Positions 29,709-41,557 of a DNA stretch of 55,431 bases are shown in pieces. The position numbers were made by a program, and so were the translations under genes. The DNA comes from a virus (lineage: Duplodnaviria > Caudoviricetes). The stretch is from IMG/VR virus record IMGVR_UViG_3300007523_000015, positions 1-55,431 of that record; one strand, written 5' to 3'. Below the pieces are notes generated by a model that was given only the letters and a program-made list of their open reading frames with translations, was not told the origin of the DNA and searched no databases. Numbering within the stretch: the stretch's first letter is position 1; each line of letters starts with the position of its first letter.

Positions 29709-31212
29709 ACCGTACCCATTATATATTTATTTTCTATATCCCATATCCACACATCGTTGCCACAGTCCCAAAGCCGATCATATCCATTGTTCTTCATATT
29801 GTCCCATTCTGTAATATTGCAATCAAAATTCTCCAGTAATTCGGACAATTTATGTTTTTGATATTTTAATCTATTCTCGAAAGTATAATAATTCTTTGTA
29901 TAATAGTATGCTGGATTGGATGAATGAGAATATTTAAATCCTAGCACTGTGTACATATTTCCGTTAAATTTGTCTATATGAGAATATGATGTAATATGCT
30001 CCCACTTATATCTAATTATCGAATATTTGAAAAGTTTAGAACTTCCTCCAATGACACTTGTATTAAGTTTATTACAAAATCTCAGTAACTCGATACCAGA
30101 TTTTTTAAATCTTGCTTTCCCAAAAGACATTACCGAAACTAGTTCATTTTCATAGTATAGGCCGTGACACACCGAACTAGAGACATATCCTTGTAAATGG
30201 TTATTATTTAGAAACTCTCGTTCAGTGATAGCATCAATTTCTCTAATTTCTGTTTTTCTAGCATATAATGTATTCGATAATCTTAGTCTTGATTTTATCA
30301 TAGATTTTATTATATCTTTCTTATATTTCCATTCATAATCGAAAATATGTAAAAGATCAATTTCTGTCTTTCTACATTCGTTTGTTTTATTTATATGATA
30401 ATACTTATCTTTGTTTCCGGAAAGTTCCGAATGCCAAAAGGCACCGTTGTATTCGATTGCTAATTTGAGTTCAGGTAGTAGATATCAAGCTCTTTAGGGG
30501 GAATAATGGATCTATTATTTAATATAATGCTAATGTCCGGGACTAAGGATTTAATAAATAACGAAATTTCCAGCTCTTCTTGTGATTTTATAAAATATAA
30601 TACATCAATCCCATTCTTATTATACATTTTTCCTAGTTGGGATTTACTTATACCTAATTCTTCTGCAATAATATATATGGGTCGTTGATTAACTTGATGT
30701 TCTGTCTGCAGCCAGACTGTGTCATTAGATTTTAATATAGCGTCTTGAGTAATATGGGTTTGTGTGTGATTAGATCTTCCATACTTTAATAAATTAGTAG
30801 TTCGTGTTTTCTCTTTTGTACTGATCAACTTTGACGGAAACTCTACATTATATTTTTTTAAATTTGTTGCCTTTATAGAATCCATTACCGATTTATTCTG
30901 TGTCGGAAACTCTGTACCGTATCTCTCAATATTAGTAAATTTAATCCGATCTCTTATTTTGCTATTCATCAATGGATTTTCAACGCCATATCTTTCGATA
31001 TTCGTTTTCTTGTATTTTTCTTTTAATTCCTGCGATTGTGCTGTATTTTCTACACCGTATCTTTCGAGATTCGTTTTTCTTCTTTTTTCCTTTATACTGT
31101 CCATGATAAAATTTCGAGATATGACTTGCCCAATCTTGCTACAGGCTGTCGAGCAATATAGTATGCCTTTCTTACCAACAATATTTTCGCACTTCTCTAA
31201 TTTACATTTCAT
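29705..31212 (-). pseudogene. Frameshifted KYG-repeat/Vsr-like homing endonuclease, paralog of 35668-37227
   Basis: Frame breaks at ELDIY (~30478); the other frame continues PELKLAIEYNGAFWHSE... into the 29705-30301 ORF. Confidence 0.8.
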
Positions 31213-31649
31213 CCTTTACCTTTCGGGTTGTTAAATATATTCCCCTCTGTCATTACTCTGAAATTCATCCCATGCTGTTTCGCAAACACTTGTGCTGCTG
31301 CCCATTTGAATGTATTCAACGCGACTGCTGCCTTAGCCTTTGGACTTTTTGCCTGTTCCAGGAAAGTCTCTTTTGCTGGCTTTACTTCGATAATCTCTGC
31401 TTTCTGATTACCTTTAGCGTCTACATAAGTTACTACAAAATCTGGCACGTACACTGTATATTTACCTGTAAAAGGATTTCGATACGGGATTTTCAAGGAT
31501 TCACTTGCCCAACTAGTAAAACTTGGATTTGAGTCAAATAGAACCATGACTTTATGTTCCCACGATGATCGGAATATTATAGGATAAGTACCCACATATT
31601 TGCCAGGATTTATGGGTTTATACTGACCCTGGACATATGATCGGGCCAT
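31209..31649 (-). CDS. 4: Head completion nuclease (gp4-like, TnsA-type)
   Basis: NPGKYVG...RSSWE...WASE...YVPDF...EVKP. Confidence 0.85.
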   Translation of the reverse strand: MARSYVQGQYKPINPGKYVGTYPIIFRSSWEHKVMVLFDSNPSFTSWASESLKIPYRNPFTGKYTVYVPDFVVTYVDAKGNQKAEIIEVKPAKETFLEQAKSPKAKAAVALNTFKWAAAQVFAKQHGMNFRVMTEGNIFNNPKGKG

Positions 31650-32296
31650 TATGCTATTGGATCTGTAAATACAAGTTGAGGCATATTTCCCGTTATACGC
31701 ATCATTATATTTTTGTCGTATATGTCGTTCATGAACTTAGAATCCCTTAAAATTCCTATTATTAGTCCCAATGCCTGTTTTAATTGTTTATCTTTTATTA
31801 AATAAGTATTTTTTCCAGCAACAATGTAAGCCATTTTATACACAATGTCTTCTAATGAAGGTTCTTCTGCTGGTTCATCTAAGAACATCTTTTCCCACAT
31901 CGCCGAAGCCATTTCCCTTGGTATACGCTCCGATTGCAATGGTATAAGTCTTTCTATGTTTGCAACATATGTAAATTGGTTGTTTGATTTTTTATAAACT
32001 TTGAAATCGTCTATTCTAGGAAAATAAGGATTATTTAAACCACTGTCAACAATAGCCTTTATATATGCTATATAACCATCATCTGTTAATTCTTTAAAAA
32101 TAGAATAGTTCATATTTCGTGCTATACCAGATTTAGTTACCTGATTTAATCTTTTATTTGAGTTTATCGAATAGGCAGAGCCGAATGAACCAGACCCCAA
32201 TTTATCAATATTAGATCGTCTATCCAGTCTGCGGCCGAGATCAGAGTTTGATTTTCTGTCTCTCGGGGTAAAATCTATAAGTTCCTGCAATCTCAT
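31649..32296 (-). CDS. Protein kinase-like protein
   Basis: LGSGSFGSAY glycine loop, ERL hinge, DIYDKNIM catalytic loop, TDP. Confidence 0.65.
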   Translation of the reverse strand: MRLQELIDFTPRDRKSNSDLGRRLDRRSNIDKLGSGSFGSAYSINSNKRLNQVTKSGIARNMNYSIFKELTDDGYIAYIKAIVDSGLNNPYFPRIDDFKVYKKSNNQFTYVANIERLIPLQSERIPREMASAMWEKMFLDEPAEEPSLEDIVYKMAYIVAGKNTYLIKDKQLKQALGLIIGILRDSKFMNDIYDKNIMMRITGNMPQLVFTDPIA

Positions 32297-32297
32297 A

Positions 32298-32771
32298 TTA
32301 TGGCCTTATTGCACGAGCTTGTAAACTATGCTTGTTACTAACTGTCGTAACTGTGCCTACTTGATTTCCCGGATCTCTCAGATTGTTAAGTGCTCTATAT
32401 GCATTGGGAGACAGTTCCAATTTTCCGCCGACTTCAAACCTCTCCAACATTGCCTGTGGAGAAATGCCTAACATAGCTGCTGTATCTATTGCAAGCCCTG
32501 TCATGGCTTCAGCGTACATCTGCCCTGCTCCCCGTGATAGGAAGAAACACTTTGTCGAGTTAAATGCCGATGCTGAATAGTTACCTACTACTCCGCCACC
32601 CAAATCAGATTGGAGTAGTGCGCCGGCACTCGGAAATGATACGGCGCCGGCATTATACTTAAATGTATTTGTCGGAACACCATTTACATACTTAACAGTT
32701 TTCTGAGCACCCAGGTTGGATAACATCTGGGAACTGAATCTTCCTATAGAAGCGATATTAGAATTAGACAG
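32298..32771 (-). CDS. Hypothetical protein in tail/baseplate context; start is ATG 32726 or possibly CTG 32771
   Basis: Frame is open upstream of the ATG to a CTG preceded by GGAGG. Confidence 0.5.
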   Translation of the reverse strand: MSNSNIASIGRFSSQMLSNLGAQKTVKYVNGVPTNTFKYNAGAVSFPSAGALLQSDLGGGVVGNYSASAFNSTKCFFLSRGAGQMYAEAMTGLAIDTAAMLGISPQAMLERFEVGGKLELSPNAYRALNNLRDPGNQVGTVTTVSNKHSLQARAIRP

Positions 32772-34017
32772 GGCCGCCTCCTGTTCTGTTTACATCCTGA
32801 TATGATGTACTGGATTTAGTCGCAGAAGATGCAAATGGTCGGCTTATTATTATCGCTGGAGGTACTTTAGCATATGGAGTAGGAGAAATATTTGCTAGTC
32901 CACTCAACACACTTGCACTAACCCTTCTCACAATTTTATCAGATGCAAATGCACCGGTTACAGCACCAATTGACGATTGAACATTTTTCCCAATACGTTG
33001 AAGAATTGGATTGTCGGATGCTAATAATGGATTATTAGACTCGATGAAGTCATTTAGTGTTGCATTGAAAGCTAACGCTGGCAATTCGAGAAATTCTCCA
33101 TGCTCGAATGGCTCCTTTGTGGAATCATTACTACCGCCCAATTTCAAATTCTGAATCGTATAATAGGCATATTCGTATTCGAACGTAAACGTTAGCTCTA
33201 ATGTTTTAGAACTTTCTGCATAATTCAGAACATCATGCGTGAATGCTGAGACTCTGGGATTAACTAAAGTAACTTGATTAAATCGGCCACCATGAACCTG
33301 GAATATGTCAATTGTCTGTATTAAACTCCTGACATTATTAACAGTCTGCAAATTATATCCGAAATTATGATTATCGATTGTGTTACTTACGATATTATTT
33401 AATGATTGCTTATTCCCCAGGGTATTAGTCGGTAACCAAGAATTGTTAGGGGAGTTGCTTTGGAATAAATTCTTAATACTAGCAGGCAATCCAATGATGT
33501 TAGGATTGAAGGACGGGGTTATATTTTTTAAGAAAGATTCTACTGTATAAGTTCCGTTCTTCTGAGGTACTTGTTTTGCTTCGTTTTTCCCTGGCTCATT
33601 CCCATCCATGAAATAGTATCTGTAATACATATCCCAGAACTTAAGAGTTTTACCATCCGCTACGTCGTGGAATACCATCTTAACTGGCTCGAATGAGATT
33701 TTACTTTGACTTATTCTTTTTCTGTTATACTGATTTAAGTGGTCTGTATCTATTTTCATGGATGGCATTTCGACTGTCTTAACCAACGGAGTTACTTGAT
33801 TCCATGTAGGGTTGTTAAAATAGGTATTGATATATTGGCTAGCAGTAGCCACTTTGTTTAAATTTATACTTACGTAATACTCGAACGGAAATCTGGGTTG
33901 ATTCTTATATAATGATTGGCCGTCTTGATTAAAGTTATAGGAGGCATGGCGAGAATTCTTTTCATAAAAGAATCCCGCACCAGTTAACGATGTAAATAAA
34001 CTTGAGAATGAGGGCAT
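32764..34017 (-). CDS. Tail-tube-like baseplate/tube initiator (gp48/gp54-like)
   Basis: VKTVEMPS...NQYNRKR...PVKMVFHD...LTFTFEYE tube-fold pattern. Confidence 0.65.
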   Translation of the reverse strand: MPSFSSLFTSLTGAGFFYEKNSRHASYNFNQDGQSLYKNQPRFPFEYYVSINLNKVATASQYINTYFNNPTWNQVTPLVKTVEMPSMKIDTDHLNQYNRKRISQSKISFEPVKMVFHDVADGKTLKFWDMYYRYYFMDGNEPGKNEAKQVPQKNGTYTVESFLKNITPSFNPNIIGLPASIKNLFQSNSPNNSWLPTNTLGNKQSLNNIVSNTIDNHNFGYNLQTVNNVRSLIQTIDIFQVHGGRFNQVTLVNPRVSAFTHDVLNYAESSKTLELTFTFEYEYAYYTIQNLKLGGSNDSTKEPFEHGEFLELPALAFNATLNDFIESNNPLLASDNPILQRIGKNVQSSIGAVTGAFASDKIVRRVSASVLSGLANISPTPYAKVPPAIIISRPFASSATKSSTSYQDVNRTGGGPV

Positions 34018-34025
34018 AATACTAT

Positions 34026-34925
34026 TTACCTATCTAAAAGATTTCCATGTTTATCAAAAATCATGAACTTGAAATTATACCCTGCATCCAGACAGGCTTG
34101 CCTCTTCAAAATATTTCTAGGGATATTTTTATTATAAGTATATAGAGATTTTACTTCTATAATAAGATTTTCATCCAAAATATATAGATCGGGAAAGTAA
34201 TAATGATTCTTGCCATCATCTGTCTTATATACTATCCTAGGTTTATCAAATGTATCAATCATTATCCTGTCTTCGGAATAATTTTCCAATAAATAATCGA
34301 TGGCAAACGGTTCATATCCCTGTACACCTACTATCTTTCCACTAGGCATTTGATATGATTTTATCCTATATTGACGCTTCATTGTTCTTTCATATACACC
34401 CGTATCTTGTGCAGAGTTTTCGACACCGTATTTCTTCAAACAAGAGTCTTTAGATTTCTGCCTAATTACTGCATTCATTTGTGGAGCATCTACTCCATAT
34501 TTTTCAACACATGTGGACTTAGATCTATCCTTGAAATCCTTTGTCTTCTGTGGTTTTTCTACTCCGTATTTCTTCAGACAAGTCTCTTTAGACTTTTTTT
34601 CTATTTCTGGCAAAAGTTGTGGTTTGTCCGTGCCATATTTTTCTATATTGGTCGATTTCATTTTAGCCAAAAATATAGGGGAATGAGATGGATTCTCAAC
34701 CCCATATTTTTCTAAATTTGTTTCTTTAATTTTATCTTTTACTGCAGATGTCGATGCTGGATTCTTAACTCCATACCTTTCCAAACTGGTTTTCTGCATT
34801 GCTGAAACTACACCAATTTTCTGGCAGACCGACGAGCAGTACGATTTATACTGTCCGTCTTTCTTCCTTACCTCAGTTACAAGAACCTTACAGTCTATGT
34901 TCTTGCATTTTTGCCCATTTATCAT
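34026..34925 (-). mobile_element. Homing endonuclease with KYGVEN repeats and PD-(D/E)XK domain
   Basis: Multiple TxLEKYGV repeats; YFPDLYI...IIEVKS. Confidence 0.75.
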
Positions 34926-34976
34926 AAAATACCTTACAAATTTTAGTAAAGTATTTATACAATAGACAGCAATGCG

Positions 34977-35591
34977 TCAGGCAAACGTGGTTCCGCCAGT
35001 TGGACTTGCGATACCTGGATATGGATTTCCACCAACAGTTGTTCCGTCGTTTGTATTTGGACCAGAAACGTTAGTTGCGTTGTCGAATCTAATAGACAAT
35101 GTTACTTCCTGTGAATCACCTGATGAATAATCGCCTTCGCCGTATGTGGCTTCTTTTAACCAGCATCCGTCTAGTACCCATGATTCTAACTGTTCATTGT
35201 TTGTACCATCCAACGAGTGGATTTCCATCGTGAATTTGTAGTTAATACCTGCAACTGCACTTGTCTGTTCAAAATGGTTCATTTGTTTCTGAACCTGTGC
35301 ACCAACCGAGGAAATGACTGCATTTGTAATATCATCACGTAGTTTAATCTCGATAGGCTCGAATGTGTGCTTACCCTGAATCCATGCAACCGAGTTGTAT
35401 GAATGCAATTCAGCCTCGGACCAAGAAATCTTTGGTCGGGTGACTGTTATAACGTTAGCAGTCATTTCTCGTAAACCATTATTCTCGCCAAAGTTCTGCC
35501 ACACTACCCTGAAGCGATATTTCTGCTTTGGGTGTAATATGCCTAGTTTGTTTCCGTCTAAAGGAATACCAAATTTTGCTAAGTTTGCCAT
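34977..35591 (-). CDS. 19: Tail tube protein (gp19-like)
   Basis: PKQKYRFRV, GKHTFEPIEIKLRDD, LSIRFDNA; near the sheath gene. Confidence 0.85.
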   Translation of the reverse strand: MANLAKFGIPLDGNKLGILHPKQKYRFRVVWQNFGENNGLREMTANVITVTRPKISWSEAELHSYNSVAWIQGKHTFEPIEIKLRDDITNAVISSVGAQVQKQMNHFEQTSAVAGINYKFTMEIHSLDGTNNEQLESWVLDGCWLKEATYGEGDYSSGDSQEVTLSIRFDNATNVSGPNTNDGTTVGGNPYPGIASPTGGTTFA

Positions 35592-35667
35592 CTTATTCTC
35601 CGAATTAATATAAATACAATTAACATGTATATTCTATGCAAGTATTTATCATTTATCAAAAAATTCT

Positions 35668-37227
35668 ATGACTATCGAAATCCGAAACTGTAAAATATGC
35701 GACACACCGTTTACTTCACAAAAATGGTATAAAAAGGAAACATGCTCGCGATCATGTGGTGCTGCTCTTTCAATAGAAACAAAGAAAGTAATGTATGGTG
35801 ATAAGTTAGAATTAATTACAGCAAAGAGAATATCAAGCAACTTAGCAAAATATGGGGTCGAATCCACTTTATTAGTCCCGTCTATTCAGGAACAGATTAG
35901 AAAAACCACATTAAAAAAATACGGAACAGAGTGGGCGAGTCAATCTCTAATGGCAAAGAATAAAAGTCAATTAACTTGCTTGACAAAATACGGAGTTACA
36001 TCTTTTTCTAAAACTACAGAATTCTTAGAAAAATCTAAAAATACTAATTTAGAAAGACACGGGGTTGATAATGTATTTAAAAACACAGATATGGTAAAAA
36101 AATCGTATATACAGAAACTCGGAGTAACACATCCGATGAGGCTTTCGTCAGTTGTAGACAAGTGCAAGGCTACAAATACTGAACGGTATGGATCTAATTG
36201 GCCTCAACAAGCACATATACCAGAAAATACAAACTCTATATTAGAAAATAAAGATTGGCTCGAGACCGAATATACTGTAAATAAGAGATCAATTGAGAGC
36301 ATTGCTACAGAATGCGAAGTAGGTTACACCTATATTTTAAACAAATTAAAGAAGTTTGCTATACCGATCATAAAAAACATATCTGACCTGGAATTAGACA
36401 TAGGATTATATGTTGCTGAATTTGTCAATTTTGAAAAAAACTGTAGGGATATAATAGGATTAGAACTAGACATATATATACCGGAATATAATTTAGCAAT
36501 AGAATGCAATGGATCGTATTGGCATAGTGAATTAAATGGTAAAGACAAAAACTATCATCTGAACAAAACAACCTTATGCAACGAACGTGGAATACACTTA
36601 TTGCATATCTGGGAGCATGACTGGAAAATCAAACAACAGATTATTAAATCAAAGATTAGTTCTTTACTGGGGAAAAATAAAAAAATCTATGCAAGAAAGT
36701 GTACTATAAGAGAAGTTAATACAGTCGACTCTAATAGGTTTCTGTACAATAATCATATTCAGGGGGTTTGCGCATCATCGACGAAAATTGGATTATATTT
36801 CGAAAATGAATTAGTTACTGTAATGACTTTTGGCAAAAGTAGATTTAATAAGAATATAGAGTACGAACTATTAAGATATGCATCACTGTCAGGTACTACT
36901 ATAATTGGCGGGGCAAGTAAGTCACTTCAGCATTTCTTAAAAACATATTCTCCAAAATCTGTAATATCTTATTCAGACAAAGCTATGAACAAGGGCAATA
37001 TGTATAAAGCCATTGGATTTACTAAAGTTAGTGAGTCGCCACCGGGGTATAAATATACTAAAAATTATTCTAATTTTTATCCTCGTGTAAAATTTCAAAA
37101 ACATAAATTACCATTATTGCTAGAAAATGTTAATATGTCACTCACCGAATGGGATAATATGAAGAATAACGGATATGATCGTATCTGGGACTGTGGCAAT
37201 GATGTATTTACATTATCGCTCGAGTAG
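35668..37227 (+). mobile_element. Intact KYG-repeat/Vsr-like homing endonuclease, inserted antisense
   Basis: KYGV repeats; ELDIYIPEYNLAIECNGSYWH; IYARKC; RIWDCG. Confidence 0.8.
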
Positions 37228-37378
37228 TCACATGGATGTTATCGAATATGCTTCGCCGATATCATTTTCACATTCGTATGGCAACAATCCTATACCGTGA
37301 TCTCCCCATTTCGGCCAACAGAATTAGCTATAATCCATGCTTCCGCAGTATATCCTATAATTACTACAGCATGTCCTT
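37228..37378 (-). pseudogene. Remnant of a second papain-like peptidase (C-terminal part)
   Basis: GHAVVIIGYTAEAWIIANSVG / frameshift / KWGDHGIGLLPYECENDIGEAYSIT. Confidence 0.65.
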
Positions 37379-38089
37379 TAGATTCTCAATTATCGGAAAT
37401 TTTTTATCTATGGTGATTCCTGCAAATTCAGTTATAACAAATGACTCGCCGATATCGACATTGCAAGCATAGGATATAGCGCCAAACCCCCTATTTCCCC
37501 ACGGTAATCCTGCAGAATTTGCTATAATCCACGATCCATCCGACAGGTTGTCATCGTAACCCACTATAGTTATAGCGTGGTTTAAGGAATGCCTGTTATC
37601 TGTATCATTTACTGAACCGTACAGATGATTTTCATATGGTCCCTTTAACTTCCAGAATTTTCTTCCAGTTTTTATTCCAACTATGATAGGTATGCCCGAC
37701 AGAAGGTAATCCTTAAATTCGTTTATACCGATATGGCTGAATTTATTTAATCTGTATTCCCTTGCACATTCTTCGACCGCAGCATGTGGTTCCTTATCTA
37801 TATAATTGTGTCTCAGAGGCCAGACATTGTCGGGCGCGGCGCCATATAGCTCCATAGACCTAAGTGTATTATACAATGATACACCTTTCTGTTTTAATCT
37901 ATTACCCAATTTCCTAGCCATGTAATAGACATATAGGCGTGACAGAGGTTTTGTTCTATTTTGCGAGTTTAGAAATATTTCAGCTGCTAAAAGACTCGAA
38001 CTTGCAGAACAACATCCTATATTTTCTTGTGAGGGCATTGCATATATGAGATGTTGCAAACTACAAGAAGAAGGTAAAATATCCATCAA
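37364..38089 (-). CDS. Papain-like (C1 family) cysteine peptidase
   Basis: QENIGCC, NHAITIVGY, IIANS, WGNRGF. Confidence 0.85.
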   Translation of the reverse strand: MMDILPSSCSLQHLIYAMPSQENIGCCSASSSLLAAEIFLNSQNRTKPLSRLYVYYMARKLGNRLKQKGVSLYNTLRSMELYGAAPDNVWPLRHNYIDKEPHAAVEECAREYRLNKFSHIGINEFKDYLLSGIPIIVGIKTGRKFWKLKGPYENHLYGSVNDTDNRHSLNHAITIVGYDDNLSDGSWIIANSAGLPWGNRGFGAISYACNVDIGESFVITEFAGITIDKKFPIIENLKDML

Positions 38090-38101
38090 ATATTTATCGC
38101 C

Positions 38102-38131
38102 AAAAAAATACCTGCCGAAACAGGTATTTTT
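38102..38131 (-). terminator. Intrinsic terminator after tail sheath
   Basis: AAAAATACCTG/CAGGTATTTTT inverted repeat with TTCG-containing loop and T run. Confidence 0.7.
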
Positions 38132-38144
38132 AATCTAAATTAGA

Positions 38145-40700
38145 TTAAGACGAAAGATCCGAACCTGTGTTCTTTATTCTGATTGGAATATAGATAAATT
38201 CGATTGCTTTCACTGGTTGGATTGCAATGTCAATCCATAGTTCATTTCTGTCAATTCTGGCAGGAGTGTTATTGCTTAAATCACATACAACTAAGAAGTC
38301 ATATAAACCACGCAATGTAATCAATTCTGCTAATGCACGATCGAATGCATCCTTGACTGCTTTCCTTGTTGTCGAATCATTTGGTTCGAACAAGAACGGC
38401 TGTGCAAGTAAATTGAGCTGGTAGCGCAAGTAGTTTTCTAAACGAACTACGTTGATACGATCTGTTGCACTTGCAAACGGCTGACGTGTCTTCTGACCAA
38501 AAACAACGATTCCGCCCTGTGGCATAATGCGAATTGGATTGATACCATTCTGATAAAGGATGTCACGTTGGCCTTCATTTAGTCTAACTGGTACAAATTG
38601 ACCTGCATCATTTACATATCCAACAGATGCTGCATTGTTAACAATGCCGCGTTGTAAACCAGCTGGTGCAAACCAAGGATAAGCAACCTGATCGTTATAA
38701 GCAATAGTCCTTAGTGCCATGTGAGTTGGCGGAACAACTACATCGGTTCCATCGACGTTTGTGCTCAATCCACTTGGATACCAAGCCGAGAAATATTTAC
38801 TTGCCGAAACAAGTCCGTCAGGTCCATTACCTAATGCCGATGAAGAATTAGTTGCCCAATTCTGCAAAGCAGTTCCAGTTGCTGCCAATGTAAATGGTGT
38901 ATCACCTAATACAAAAGATGTTTGCTTCCTGTCTTCGTTAAGAACAAGCATCTCATCTATAGCCTCTACATAACCTGGTGCCGCAATCAAGTTAAAGTAA
39001 ATATCTTCTGCACGAATTTCTTCGTTAGAAATAATGTCCGATTGAATTGCACGAACAATCATAATGTTCTGTGCTCCAGCGCCCATGTAAGGGATTCCAG
39101 AAGCATTGTTGCCCGAAGCTGTAACCCAACGACCTGTTGAGCCGTTGTTTGTATTATCCGGACTTGCTGTTGAACTGTTAAACACATATGGTGATTCCCA
39201 TTCCTTGACATTGTTTGTCGAGTAACGTGTATTCCACAATAAGAATCCCTTTGGATACAAATCTGCATCAGGTGCATCTGGATCTAAGTCTGGATTGCCT
39301 GCGCCGCCGTTGAATTCACCAGTGCCGCCGAGCGTGAACAATGGGTTCGAACGTACATCGGTAAAGATAATACCATTCGGTGTTGTCTGATCTGAATTGC
39401 TAACTGCAATCCACGACACCGTCGAAACATTCCAGCGTCTAATGACCGGATATGGATCAACATCTGTGTCTACCCAAATGTCACCCTGTATAAGTGTCGG
39501 TGTAAGAATGTTATCCTGTGGATCTGCAGATTGTGCAAAGACAGTTGGATCTGCTGGACCCGGAGGAACGTCAACAAATGTAAATCCTTCTAAGTTCAAA
39601 TTCTGCCAAGAACCCGCACCATCAGCAATCATAATATCAACTGTTGATTGTCCGACACCATTAACACCCACTTCTGCATTAAACCATAGTTGACCATTAC
39701 CTGGACCATCTGTTGGAACTGATTCAGAACCAATGATGTTTGCCAATGGGGCCCATGGACCAGTGGTGCCTGGGAAATATCTAAATTCGAAAGAATTTTC
39801 TGTACCTAAACCAACTGGTGTTGGGCGGATATAAACTTGGCCTGCCGAACCGAGTGCATTTGTGCTGTAATACGTATCTGCTGATGTATCGTCAGCTAAG
39901 ACAGGAGCTTCCACTTGTAGAAACTGTTCCAATGTTGCATCCATTCTGCGCAATACAAGATTTGCTCCCTGGGCGGCGGCGCTGGTTTTAACCCAATATT
40001 GCTGAGTTGTTAAAACATTTGTCAGATCAGGCCACACTGATTGAATAATAAGACTTTGTGCGCCAACTGCTCCGGACAATTGTGTCCAAACTGTAGCAAC
40101 ATTTTCCCAATAGGTAATGCTACTTGTAACTGAGTCAAAATAGACCCCATAGTCGCCCGGCGAGCCGCCGTTAGGTGCAATGTCGTTGAACAGGACATCT
40201 ATCTCCACTGATACCCAAATTTCATTAGGGAATACTCCGGTACGAACAAACAATCCATATGACGAACCATTTGGCAACGGACTTTCGTCAAACCAATATG
40301 TCCCCGTTGCTGCTGGACTTGTAGGCTCTATGGATGAAGCTTCTAACTGAGCAGTGTCTATATCTGCCCTAACAATTCGTGCTAAGTTAGCAACGCCTAG
40401 ATATGAATAAGCAGCTAACAAGCCGTATTCATTTAATGGATAACCGTTTATTGATGTGCCGCTAACTTCATAGAAAATAGGATCGCCGAATGTCTGAACC
40501 AAGTCTCGTTGCGATGTAATTGACCAAATCTTACCAGCATTAGCTTTAGTTGTCCCTTGTGCTATTGCTGTTCCCGATGGATCTGATTTATTTTCCTGTG
40601 TAGCTATAAAGATTAGGGGGACTGTCCCCGGACCGGCTCCGACATTGATCGATTCATCGATCACGGAAATACTTACACCTGGGGATACTAGAGTTGCCAT
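38145..40700 (-). CDS. 18: Tail sheath protein (gp18-like)
   Basis: MATLVSPGVS start; PWFAPAGLQRG, GQKT, RINVVRL, PVKAIEFIYIP. Confidence 0.92.
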   Translation of the reverse strand: MATLVSPGVSISVIDESINVGAGPGTVPLIFIATQENKSDPSGTAIAQGTTKANAGKIWSITSQRDLVQTFGDPIFYEVSGTSINGYPLNEYGLLAAYSYLGVANLARIVRADIDTAQLEASSIEPTSPAATGTYWFDESPLPNGSSYGLFVRTGVFPNEIWVSVEIDVLFNDIAPNGGSPGDYGVYFDSVTSSITYWENVATVWTQLSGAVGAQSLIIQSVWPDLTNVLTTQQYWVKTSAAAQGANLVLRRMDATLEQFLQVEAPVLADDTSADTYYSTNALGSAGQVYIRPTPVGLGTENSFEFRYFPGTTGPWAPLANIIGSESVPTDGPGNGQLWFNAEVGVNGVGQSTVDIMIADGAGSWQNLNLEGFTFVDVPPGPADPTVFAQSADPQDNILTPTLIQGDIWVDTDVDPYPVIRRWNVSTVSWIAVSNSDQTTPNGIIFTDVRSNPLFTLGGTGEFNGGAGNPDLDPDAPDADLYPKGFLLWNTRYSTNNVKEWESPYVFNSSTASPDNTNNGSTGRWVTASGNNASGIPYMGAGAQNIMIVRAIQSDIISNEEIRAEDIYFNLIAAPGYVEAIDEMLVLNEDRKQTSFVLGDTPFTLAATGTALQNWATNSSSALGNGPDGLVSASKYFSAWYPSGLSTNVDGTDVVVPPTHMALRTIAYNDQVAYPWFAPAGLQRGIVNNAASVGYVNDAGQFVPVRLNEGQRDILYQNGINPIRIMPQGGIVVFGQKTRQPFASATDRINVVRLENYLRYQLNLLAQPFLFEPNDSTTRKAVKDAFDRALAELITLRGLYDFLVVCDLSNNTPARIDRNELWIDIAIQPVKAIEFIYIPIRIKNTGSDLSS

Positions 40701-40773
40701 TTTATGTTTTCTCCGATAAATAATATAAATAGCCATTTTGGCTGTTTTATATATTTATATGAAAGGCACTAAA

Positions 40774-41544
40774 ATGACACCAATATGTACTCCCATAAAC
40801 GGAATTATTTATAAGATAACTAACATTATAAACGGAATGTGGTATATAGGGAAAGATGAAAGAGATGATCCAAAATATTTAGGAAGCGGTGTCTATCTTT
40901 CCAGGGCTATAGCCAATTACGGTAAGGATAATTTTACAAAAGATATATTGGATGGGGCACTTACATCCGAGAAACTAGCTTTATTGGAAGCAGAATATAT
41001 AGAAAAATTTAATGCTACTACTAGCCAAATGTCCTACAATATAGCTGCCGGGGGGTATGGTGGTAACACATTGGGAGGAATGGATAATACAGACAAGATA
41101 AAATTTTCCGAGAAAATGTCCGAAACATGGGATAATTTAACAATAGAGGCAAAACGAGATCGTATTTCTCCAATGAATACTGCTGTAAAAGGGAAACCAA
41201 AAACACGAAGACACCGGGATAAGATATCGAAATCAAAAACCGGAACTAAGCAGAGTATTGAAACTATAGAAAAGAAGAGATTAATTAGTAAAAAATTATA
41301 CGACGAAGGAAGAATATCGCCACCAAAGAATGATTGGGCAGGCCGAATTCATTCCACTGAATCTAAAATTAAGATATCTAAGGCGAAGACCGGAATAAAA
41401 AATTATAAGAAAAGATTATTTACGCAAGAGGATTGCACAGAAATGAAGAAATTAAAAGATTCAGGTATTAGTACCAGGATTATTGCAAAAATATTTTCTA
41501 CAACCACACCGACTATATTAAGATATATAAGAGAACTATCATAA
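40774..41544 (+). mobile_element. GIY-YIG (Seg-like) homing endonuclease, inserted antisense
   Basis: GIIYKITN...YIG, YLGSG, YNIAAGG, NUMOD3 and HTH tail; GATAAATA at 40715-40722. Confidence 0.85.
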
Positions 41545-41557
41545 CTTGCCTAGCTAT

